From Ignavibacteriota bacterium (GTDB taxonomy: Bacteria > Bacteroidota > Ignavibacteria > UBA10030), in contig CAVSHO010000009.1 of assembly GCA_963727825.1 (NCBI GenBank), positions 128,001 through 192,000 on the forward strand: DNA of 64,000 nucleotides. Direction: 5' to 3'. Made by a program: the position numbers and the translations under genes. The notes under the pieces were generated by a model. That model did not search any database and was not told where the DNA came from. It saw nothing but the letters and a program-made list of their open reading frames with translations. Numbering within the stretch: the stretch's first letter is position 1; each line of letters starts with the position of its first letter. This document shows, one piece after another, positions 32,365 through 39,624 of the stretch.

Positions 32365-32801
32365 TTACTTTGCCAATGCTAATGTCTCCATTGTAAATGG
32401 AGATGTTTCATCGCAAAATGGTGGACAGATTTCCACTTTTCTCCATAATACTACCTGTTATCATATCTTTTCCCGCGCCATCAACTCCGACAAGCACAAC
32501 TGTGAATTTATCATTCTCTTGTGCCCAATACATTTTAATTTTCTCACATCCAGGTTGTGCAAGTATTTTATCAAATGCGCCACGGTCAAATGAAGCACCT
32601 TGAGTTTGGGGCGCTTGAGGATTCTTGCGGAAGTTACTGACAAGTTGTAATCCTTCGCATCCAAAGCTGATCTCGTGTTTTTCGGCTCCAATAAATGTTT
32701 TATCTTTTGAATCAGTTGCACTTACTTTCGTTCCGATAAAAAATGAAAGCGTACAAATAACGAGGGCAATTACCCCCCCCCCACAATAATAGTTTTTTCA
32801 T
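32365..32801 (-). CDS. Signal-peptide-bearing CPPxC small protein, paralog of 33547-33879 (two +1 frameshifts; absent from the ORF track)
   Basis: AAGGAG RBS; manual translation MKKLLLWGG/VIALVICTLSFFIGTKVSA..GAEKHEIS..SFDRGAFDKILAQPGC..VLVGVDGAGKDM..SIMEK/ICPPFCDETS..LAK*; shifts at G10 (32773-32782) and near 32431. Confidence 0.8.
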
Positions 32802-32845
32802 TTTGCTGCTCCTTTTGTATTGTTTGTTTTTGGTTGATTAAGATT

Positions 32846-32889
32846 ACCTTCCGAAGGTCTCGGCGGATCTGTATTGACCTTCGGAAGGT
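32846..32889. repeat. REP-like inverted pair
   Basis: ACCTTCCGAAGGTC ... GACCTTCGGAAGGT, same family as 32181. Confidence 0.75.
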
Positions 32890-32893
32890 CAAT

Positions 32894-33545
32894 TTATACC
32901 GGCATTAACCGTTTTGCATAAAAAAGCACGAAGGAAAAAATATACTGCATTACAATAAATACATCATTTAACGGCCAGATTGCTCTGAGCAGTTTTCGGT
33001 TTGATATCAACATTGGGGTAAATAATCCGAAAAAGAAGAATGTGACTACTGCATATAAAACTATTCCTGACAGAACCCAGAAACGAATATCTTTTTTCAA
33101 AACAATATTTGTCTCTTTTATAGATTCTCAGCAATATCCACCCTCCAAAACCGATTTGGATGAGTTGAGCAATTGGCTCAGTATAATTATCCCATCCAGT
33201 AAATGACTCAAAGGTAAATTTTCCGATTATCCAAATTAGCAAATAAACTGCAAATCCAGCCCAAATTAAAAATCCATTTCGCTTGCTTGTTCGCCATAAA
33301 TAAAAAATACATGAGAACAATAATAATTCAATCACTGCAAAACTTTGGCCCATTAAATAAGTATGAATTTTTTTATGAACCATAACATCTATTACTATAT
33401 CGACGATTAATGAGCAAATGATATACCATTCAAGAATCCTAAGAGGTAATGTTAGTTGTTTATATCTTCTTAACCCAATAAATCCTACGACACAAACAAA
33501 AACTTGAGCAGTATATATTGCCACATACACATAATCTAGAGACAT
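32894..33545 (-). CDS. Multi-pass (about 7 TM) membrane protein, frameshift near 33117
   Basis: Consecutive hydrophobic helices; joining the two ORFs gives about 216 aa including RFWVLSGIVLY; start abuts the upstream gene's stop. Confidence 0.75.
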
Positions 33546-33546
33546 A

Positions 33547-33879
33547 CTATGCCTTCAAGAGTTCACTTGTTTCATCGCAAATTGGTGGACAAAACGAACC
33601 TCTCTCCATAATACTTGCAGTCATATCTTTACCAGCTTTATCAACACCAACAAGAACTAAATTAGGTTTGCCATCCTCATCGCGTCCATGATAATATCGC
33701 AAACCTTTACAATCCGGATGGGCAAGAATTTTATCAATTGCTCCACGGTCAAATGAGCCGCCGTGAAGTTTGGGATGGATCGGGTTTTTCTTGTGGCGTT
33801 GTATGTGCTGCTTTGCCTCGTCCAAAGAAATCTCGTGTTTTTCCGCACCCGGAAATTTTGCATCTACTTTTGCAGCCAT
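33547..33879 (-). CDS. Small cytoplasmic protein with C-terminal CPPxC motif
   Basis: Strong AAGGAGG RBS; HEISLDEA, SFDRGAIDKIL..C.GLRYY, LVLVGVD and CPPIC. Confidence 0.85.
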   Translation of the reverse strand: MAAKVDAKFPGAEKHEISLDEAKQHIQRHKKNPIHPKLHGGSFDRGAIDKILAHPDCKGLRYYHGRDEDGKPNLVLVGVDKAGKDMTASIMERGSFCPPICDETSELLKA

Positions 33880-33913
33880 GACTAATCCTCCTTATATGAT
33901 TAATAATTCAAGA

Positions 33914-34077
33914 CTTCTGAAATATTCGGGATTGTCATTTCGAAGAATCCAGAACGACAACTTGTCCGCCATTGTTTTGGCGGAAGTCAATCGGGAGACT
34001 GAGAAATCTTAATAAAAAGAAAGATTTCTCTCCCGATTGACATCGGGATCGAAATGACAAACAATATTTTTCAGAGG
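33914..34077. repeat. MITE-like composite palindrome (GTCATTTCGA...TCGAAATGAC) with nested insert
   Basis: TTGTCATTTCGA (33932) pairs with TCGAAATGACAA (34060); inner GTCAATCGGGAGA..GAGAAATCTT pairs with AAGATTTCTCTCCCGATTGAC; insert CTTG-TCCGCC..GGCGGA at 33961-33984. Confidence 0.8.
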
Positions 34078-34264
34078 CCTCAATTTAATACTGTTGTTTA
34101 GTAAAGCACATAAAAGTATATGTAAACAAACTTTTACAAGTCGCTCATAACATTACCAAGAAGGAGATTTACTGTTTTAAAGACTGCCAACAAGTTAAGC
34201 AAAATTTGGAATTATGCAACGAAAAGATACAATACTTTACCAAGACAATGAGACTTCGAAGTGT

Positions 34265-34324
34265 ATCTCTCCGACCGCTTAAACTTGCCCGCCGAAGGAA
34301 CGCAGGCGGGGCGATCGGAGAGAT
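34265..34324. repeat. Hairpin with nested GC-hairpin insert
   Basis: ATCTCTCCGACCGC-TTAAA-[CTTGCCCGCCGAAGGAACGCAGGCGGG]-GCGATCGGAGAGAT. Confidence 0.8.
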
Positions 34325-34417
34325 CGCTGCACCCAGATATGTATCATTGTGAAACACAATCTAAATAAAGAGCTATCGAAAACTTGCATCCGATAAAAAC
34401 GTAATCCTTCGACAAAC

Positions 34418-34492
34418 CCTCAACGTGAGGCCTCAACGTGAGACCTCGGCGTGAGACCTCGGCGTGAGCTCGGTCGGACGCTCGGTCGAACG
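34418..34492 (+). repeat. Tandem 12-13-bp repeats
   Basis: CCTCAACGTGAG(G/A) x2, CCTCGGCGTGAG(A) x2 and CTCGGTCG(G/A)ACG x2. Confidence 0.8.
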
Positions 34493-34581
34493 TTCAATGT
34501 GACTTCAAGTAATTTTTTTAAGATAAGTTCTAAAAGAAAAGTGGTCTTACCATGGCAATTCATTTCAAAGGGAAAAAACCC

Positions 34582-34623
34582 TTGACACAAGTGTCAATAA
34601 GTCATAATATGCAAACGTTTGCA
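34582..34623 (+). promoter_or_regulatory. Sigma70-type promoter with LacI-family operator
   Basis: TTGACA-17 nt-TAATAT followed by the perfect palindrome TGCAAACGTTTGCA (34610-34623); a second inverted repeat TTGACAC-AA-GTGTCAA overlaps the -35. Confidence 0.7.
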
Positions 34624-34624
34624 A

Positions 34625-34714
34625 ATGAAGCATCCGACTATTATTGATATCGCCCATAAACTGAAGATTTCTCTTTCAAGTGCCCTCAATGATCATCCGA
34701 ATATGGACATATAA
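34625..34714 (+). pseudogene. LacI-family regulator N-terminal remnant
   Basis: MKHPTIIDIAHKLKISLSSALNDHPNM resembles the LacI HTH start (TIxDIA..L.IS.STVSRALN) with the TVSR segment deleted. Confidence 0.7.
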
Positions 34715-34820
34715 TATCTATAAATCTGTCCTGAACAAAAAAGCTTCTGATGCAAATCTTCTCTGGGTAGGATGCATGTCAACTATTGTCGGTATTATGA
34801 TTTCCTTAGTAACTGCGTAA
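34701..34820 (+). pseudogene. Internal fragment of a sodium:solute (galactose-type) symporter
   Basis: IWTYNIYKSVLNKKASDANLLWVGCMSTIVGIMISLVTA resembles the SSS segment WTYDIY..ASD..L..GR..TVVG. Confidence 0.55.
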
Positions 34821-34912
34821 TGAGAAAGAAGTTCCTTTATATTTTACGTGGAGGTTTTATGATTGTCTTCGGGGGTGGAATGTATTTGAAAATGAGAAAG
34901 CAGATAAGGTGA

Positions 34913-36094
34913 ATGTATATGAGTTTTATTCAGTCGGTTACAACTATATTTAGGGAAAAATTCAAAGAACAACCCTTATTATTTCGTTCACCCGGAAGAG
35001 TGAATCTTATTGGCGAGCACACGGATTACAATATGGGGTATGTCCTTCCGGCAGCAATCGATAAAGCAATTATTTTTGCAATTACTCCGCGAAGCGATCG
35101 ACAGTGCATTGTGTATGCAATGGACATGAACGATGAGCATGAATTTTCGTTAGATAATCTTCAATTCTCAAAAAAGGGATGGCCGAATTATTTAATGGGG
35201 GTGGTGGATCAGTTAGTCAAAGCGAAGTATAATATAAGAGGATTTAATTGTGTTTTTGGAGGAGACATTCCAATCGGTGCAGGGATGTCGTCCTCTGCAG
35301 CACTCGAAGCAGGTTTGGCTTTTGCGCTTAACTCTATGTTCGATTTACAGATCGATGCACTTTCACTTGTTAAGCTTGCTCAAAAGGCAGAGAATGAATT
35401 TGTCGGTGTTCGGTGCGGCATTATGGATCAATATATAAACATTTTTGGAACACGAGATAACGTCCTTCGTATTGATTGCCGCTCATTGGAATACAAATAC
35501 TATCCGTTTGCTTTCGGCAATATATCTCTCGTTCTCTTTGACACATGCGTCTCGCATTCATTGGCATCGTCAGAATATAACCGAAGAAGAGAAGAATGCG
35601 GCGAGGGAGTAGAAATAATAAAAAATATTTATCCAGATGTGTGCCATTTACGAGATGTATCTATTGAGATGCTGCAAAAATGCAAGAACAAGATGGATCC
35701 GGTAATATATCGAAGGTGTAAATATGTCGTAGAGGAAAACGGTCGAGTGCTTAGTGCGTGCATCGAACTAGAACAAGGAAACTTGAAAGCTTTTGGTGCC
35801 CTTATGAACAAAACACACGATGGATTGAGCCGCGACTATGAGGTAAGCTGCGCAGAACTTGATTATCTAGTAGAGTTGGTCAAGGACAATCCATACGTCT
35901 ACGGTGCGCGGATGATGGGTGGCGGGTTTGGAGGGTGCACGATCAATCTCATTGAACGTCAAGCGGTCGAAGAAGTCAACCAGCGGGTAGCAGAGAAATA
36001 TAAAAAAGAATTTCACATCGACTTAAAGACCTACATTACGTCCATCGATTCAGGAACACATATTATCACAGCGAACGAATATGCAGCAGACTAA
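34913..36094 (+). CDS. galK: Galactokinase
   Basis: PGRVNLIGEHTDYN, PIGAGMSSSAA, CGIMDQ and GARMMGGGFGG. Confidence 0.97.
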   Translation: MYMSFIQSVTTIFREKFKEQPLLFRSPGRVNLIGEHTDYNMGYVLPAAIDKAIIFAITPRSDRQCIVYAMDMNDEHEFSLDNLQFSKKGWPNYLMGVVDQLVKAKYNIRGFNCVFGGDIPIGAGMSSSAALEAGLAFALNSMFDLQIDALSLVKLAQKAENEFVGVRCGIMDQYINIFGTRDNVLRIDCRSLEYKYYPFAFGNISLVLFDTCVSHSLASSEYNRRREECGEGVEIIKNIYPDVCHLRDVSIEMLQKCKNKMDPVIYRRCKYVVEENGRVLSACIELEQGNLKAFGALMNKTHDGLSRDYEVSCAELDYLVELVKDNPYVYGARMMGGGFGGCTINLIERQAVEEVNQRVAEKYKKEFHIDLKTYITSIDSGTHIITANEYAAD

Positions 36095-37127
36095 ATTGTT
36101 ACGATTTCCTCATCGAAGAAAAAATATACTAACAGGAGAATGGATTCTTGTTTCTCCACAGAGAACTCAGCGACCTTGGCAAGGAGAGATCTCTACTACT
36201 CCGAATGTACAGAACCTTGAATATGAATCAGGATGTTATTTGTGCCCGGGGAATAAGCGCGCAAACGGCGAAATTAATCCTCAGTATACCGGAACCTATG
36301 TCTTTACAAATGATTTCTCTGCACTAATTCCGGATATTCCGGCCGAACGGATCCAGGAGAATGATTTGCTTGTCTCGAAAGCAGAACGAGGAATATGCCG
36401 GGTCGTTAATTATTCGCCGAAACATAACTTAACTCTTGCTGAAATGACCGAAAATGAAATTGAACAAGTTATTGCCACCTGGCAGGAAGAGTTCAGAATG
36501 TTAGGAGAGAAACCTTACATCAACCACGTGCAAATATTTGAGAATAAAGGATCGATTATGGGAAATAGCAATCCGCACCCTCATTGCCAGATATGGGCGC
36601 AGGAAGGCATTCCCATGGAAACTAAAAAAGAGTTGAAACAATTCAAGGCATATTCTTCCAGGAAGAAACGAGGATTACTAACGGATTACCTGAAACTAGA
36701 GTTGCGTTTAAAGGACCGTTTAGTTTTTGAGAATGCATCGTTCGTTGTTGTGGTTCCATACTGGGCAATATGGCCGTATGAAACTATGATCATTCCAAAA
36801 AGAAGAATCTCCAATATTCTTCAATTGAAACCCGATGAACGAAAAGGTTATGCTGGTGCGATAAAAGCTGTAACCGTTAAGTACGATAACTTGTTTAATA
36901 TCTCATTCCCATATTCTGCTGGTTTGCATCAGGCGCCAACTGATAATCGCCGGCATAGCGAATGGCATTTTCATATGCACTTTTATCCACCGCTTCTTCG
37001 ATCGGCACAGATTAAAAAGTTTATGGTCGGATATGAAATGCTCGCTGAGCCTCAACGAGATATCACACCCGAAGAAAGCGCAAGAACTCTCCGGGAGTTA
37101 TCCATAGTACACTTTAAAATAGTTTAG
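36081..37127 (+). CDS. galT: Galactose-1-phosphate uridylyltransferase
   Basis: RPWQG, CYLCPGN, FENKG..GNSNPHPHCQ and YPPLLRSA. Confidence 0.97.
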   Translation: MQQTKLLRFPHRRKNILTGEWILVSPQRTQRPWQGEISTTPNVQNLEYESGCYLCPGNKRANGEINPQYTGTYVFTNDFSALIPDIPAERIQENDLLVSKAERGICRVVNYSPKHNLTLAEMTENEIEQVIATWQEEFRMLGEKPYINHVQIFENKGSIMGNSNPHPHCQIWAQEGIPMETKKELKQFKAYSSRKKRGLLTDYLKLELRLKDRLVFENASFVVVVPYWAIWPYETMIIPKRRISNILQLKPDERKGYAGAIKAVTVKYDNLFNISFPYSAGLHQAPTDNRRHSEWHFHMHFYPPLLRSAQIKKFMVGYEMLAEPQRDITPEESARTLRELSIVHFKIV

Positions 37128-37219
37128 CGCTGCCAAATCCAAATATGCAATCTTCTCAATCATTTATCCATCACACTTACATCGAGTGAAGTCTGAATAG
37201 AGAGGAATATCCAACAACA

Positions 37220-38224
37220 ATGTATTCGCCCAATCTTGATAGATATAGTTCCATGAGATACAATCGGTGCGGTCATAGCGGAATCAAACTATCCGCAATT
37301 TCACTGGGGTTGTGGCATAACTTCGGAAGCGTTGACAGCTTCGCGAATGCAAGAGCAATGCTACACCGGGCTTTTGATTTGGGAATTACTCACTTTGATC
37401 TTGCGAATAATTATGGTCCGGCTCCCGGATCTGCCGAAGAGAATTTTGGGAAGATTTTGAAAAAGGATTTTTTAAAGTATCGCGATGAGTTGATAATTTC
37501 TTCTAAGGCCGGTTATCCCATGTGGCCGGGGCCATATGGGGACTGGGGTTCAAGAAAATATTTGATTGCGAGTTTAGATCAGAGTTTGAAAAGAATGGGA
37601 TTGGAGTATTTAGATATATTCTACCACCACCGCCCAGATCCGGAAACACCACTTGAAGAAACCATGCAGGCGCTTGATCAGATTGTCCGAAGTGGGAAGG
37701 CATTTTATATTGGAATTTCAAATTATCCTGCCGACCTGACATTACGAGCGTCAACAATATTAAAAGAGCTGGGAACGCCTTGTCTTATTCATCAAGCAAA
37801 ATACAATATGTTCAACCGTTGGATTGAAGAAGATCTTCTAACTGTTTTGAAGAAAGAAAGGATCGGATGTATCGCATTCTCTCCTTTAGCACAAGGCCTG
37901 CTCACTGATAGGTATTTGAATGGAATTCCATCGGATTCGCGCGCTGCAAAACCTCATGGCTTTTTAAAAGTGGAAGAAGTGACAGATGAGAAAAGAAATT
38001 TATCTCGGCAATTAAATAAACTTGCTCAACAGCGAAATCAAACCATGGCGCAAATGGCATTAGCATGGGTGCTACGTCACAAAGAAATGACATCAGTCTT
38101 GGTCGGTACCAGCCGCGTTGCTCAAATTGAAGATGCTGTAGGCGCGTTAGCGAATCCCCATTTTTCCTCTGAGGAATTGAATGCAATAGATTTGATTCTT
38201 GCAGGAAAGAAGGAAAAGATATGA
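37220..38224 (+). CDS. mgrA: Aldo/keto reductase (L-glyceraldehyde-3-phosphate reductase, YghZ/MgrA type)
   Basis: SLGLWHNFG, HFDLANNYGP and SSKAGY.MWPGPYGDWGSRKYL. Confidence 0.9.
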   Translation: MYSPNLDRYSSMRYNRCGHSGIKLSAISLGLWHNFGSVDSFANARAMLHRAFDLGITHFDLANNYGPAPGSAEENFGKILKKDFLKYRDELIISSKAGYPMWPGPYGDWGSRKYLIASLDQSLKRMGLEYLDIFYHHRPDPETPLEETMQALDQIVRSGKAFYIGISNYPADLTLRASTILKELGTPCLIHQAKYNMFNRWIEEDLLTVLKKERIGCIAFSPLAQGLLTDRYLNGIPSDSRAAKPHGFLKVEEVTDEKRNLSRQLNKLAQQRNQTMAQMALAWVLRHKEMTSVLVGTSRVAQIEDAVGALANPHFSSEELNAIDLILAGKKEKI

Positions 38225-38609
38225 CAAAAGAATTGGTCACTTGATAGTGATCTTACTTGGAGTGGCAATACTTTGCTCTCAATCCAGAAGTCAATCTGAT
38301 GCAAAGAGATTAGAACGGTTCAAACCACTTTCTTTTGAAAAGGCCGATGTTAAGGCGAGTTCAATTTCCCTCCATTAAAAGACAATCTTCGACTGTAAAT
38401 GGATTATGAATCTATTTGAAAAAGCTTTAATAATAGACAAAGGAAAGGACAGTTGAACCTCTAAATAAAAAACTCTACATTATAATAATATTAACAGGTG
38501 ATAATCTATAATAGCCTATACTAAACCTCACAAAATCATAACATAAAAGCTCTGATTTAGTTCTTTGACGAGTTAGTATAGAAGAAAAAAGTATTGATTT
38601 AGATTCGAT

Positions 38610-38661
38610 GCCCGGATGGCGAAATTGGCAGACCTGCCTGCCGGCAGGCAGGCGCGCTAGC
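38610..38661 (+). pseudogene. tRNA-Leu 5' fragment with 20-bp palindromic insert (copy 1)
   Basis: GCCCGGATGGCGAAATTGGCAGA[CCTGCCTGCCGGCAGGCAGG]CGCGCTAGC is identical to the first 32 nt of the tRNA apart from the insert. Confidence 0.9.
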
Positions 38662-38674
38662 AAGAAACGTAATT

Positions 38675-38926
38675 ATGAATTGGTTTGTCTATGCGATTCA
38701 AAGCATACAACGTAATTATATATATGTCGGATTAACTTCGGACTTAGAGAAAAGAATATCTCAACATAATAACGGTAAAGAACGAACAACGCGACCATAC
38801 AGACCATTTATATTAATACATCATGAAATGTTTGGGACTCGTTTAGAAGCAAGAAAAAGAGAAATCTATTTGAAATCTGGATGTGGAAAAGATTTTTTAA
38901 AAAATCTCTCTTCCTTAGCGAAGTGA
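38675..38926 (+). CDS. Small GIY-YIG nuclease (SLX1-like/UPF0213 size class), copy 1
   Basis: FVY..YVG motifs, conserved Arg in KRISQHN and Glu in REIYLKSG. Confidence 0.92.
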   Translation: MNWFVYAIQSIQRNYIYVGLTSDLEKRISQHNNGKERTTRPYRPFILIHHEMFGTRLEARKREIYLKSGCGKDFLKNLSSLAK

Positions 38927-38955
38927 AACCGATACCAATGTGGATATAGTAAATT

Positions 38956-39007
38956 GCCCGGATGGCGAAATTGGCAGACCTGCCTGCCGGCAGGCAGGCG
39001 CGCTAGC
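38956..39007 (+). pseudogene. tRNA-Leu 5' fragment with 20-bp palindromic insert (copy 2)
   Basis: Same sequence as copy 1. Confidence 0.9.
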
Positions 39008-39020
39008 AAGAAACGTAATT

Positions 39021-39272
39021 ATGAATTGGTTTGTCTATGCGATTCAAAGCATACAACGTAATTATATATATGTCGGATTAACTTCGGACTTAGAGAAGAG
39101 AATATCTCAACATAATAACGGTAAAGAACGAACAACGCGACCATACAGACCATTTATATTAATACATCATGAAATGTTTGGGACTCGTTTAGAAGCAAGA
39201 AAAAGAGAAATCTATTTGAAATCTGGATGTGGAAAAGATTTTTTAAAAAATCTCTCTTCCTTAGCGAAGTGA
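39021..39272 (+). CDS. Small GIY-YIG nuclease, copy 2 (identical protein)
   Basis: Same 83-aa sequence; the ORF-track extension to 38940 reads through the tRNA fragment and is spurious. Confidence 0.92.
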   Translation: MNWFVYAIQSIQRNYIYVGLTSDLEKRISQHNNGKERTTRPYRPFILIHHEMFGTRLEARKREIYLKSGCGKDFLKNLSSLAK

Positions 39273-39301
39273 AACCGATACCAATGTGGATATAGTAAAT
39301 T

Positions 39302-39385
39302 GCCCGGATGGCGAAATTGGCAGACGCGCTAGCTTCAGGAGCTAGTGATCGCAAGGTCATGGGGGTTCAAGTCCCCCTTCGGGCA
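39302..39385 (+). tRNA. tRNA-Leu (anticodon CAG), CCA not encoded
   Basis: Acceptor GCCCGGA/TTCGGGC, anticodon arm CTAGC-TTCAGGA-GCTAG, long variable arm, T-arm GGGGG-TTCAAGT-CCCCC. Confidence 0.97.
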
Positions 39386-39387
39386 CT

Positions 39388-39426
39388 AAAATGAAAAGCC
39401 ACCCTTTGTGGGTGGTTTTTCATTTT
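39388..39426 (+). terminator. Rho-independent terminator after tRNA
   Basis: AAAAGCCACCC-TTTGT-GGGTGGTTTTT. Confidence 0.85.
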
Positions 39427-39460
39427 TATACTTCATAAACGGATTTGTATTTCAAGTTGA

Positions 39461-39512
39461 TCCCGACACACGAAAGTGTGACGGGAGAAATCCCGCTGCT
39501 TTTCAGCGGGAT
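39461..39512. repeat. Pair of TCCCG..CGGGA hairpins
   Basis: TCCCGACACAC-GAAA-GTGTGACGGGA and ATCCCGCTG-CTTTT-CAGCGGGAT. Confidence 0.7.
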
Positions 39513-39624
39513 CCCATTTGGGGGCACAAAGACTCGCTTTGCAATATCTTTCTTTTTATCTTAATCTTAATTGAAAACTGTAAATAGCATCATCCATCAA
39601 CAATCACAACTCACCGCATAGAAA

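Larger units (their letters stand above)
38610..39301 (+). mobile_element. Two tandem 346-bp units, each a tRNA-Leu 5' half plus a GIY-YIG gene
   Basis: Units start at 38610 and 38956 and the intact tRNA starts at 39302 (period 346); the only difference seen is a synonymous SNP (38752 A / 39098 G). Confidence 0.85.

Noticed and set aside
32461-32721. 86-aa ORF from the track
   Set aside because: Out-of-frame shadow of the true CPPxC paralog.
32773-32782. Poly-G10 tract as a phase-variation switch in the secreted CPPxC gene
   Set aside because: Possible, but it cannot be distinguished from homopolymer error given the indel rate in this window. Raw reads are needed.
34418-34492. CRISPR array
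   Set aside because: The units are 12-13 bp and directly adjacent, with no spacers and no cas genes.
38610-39385. Group I intron in tRNA-Leu with a homing endonuclease
   Set aside because: The insert is too short for a ribozyme core, and what follows is a complete tRNA rather than a 3' exon.
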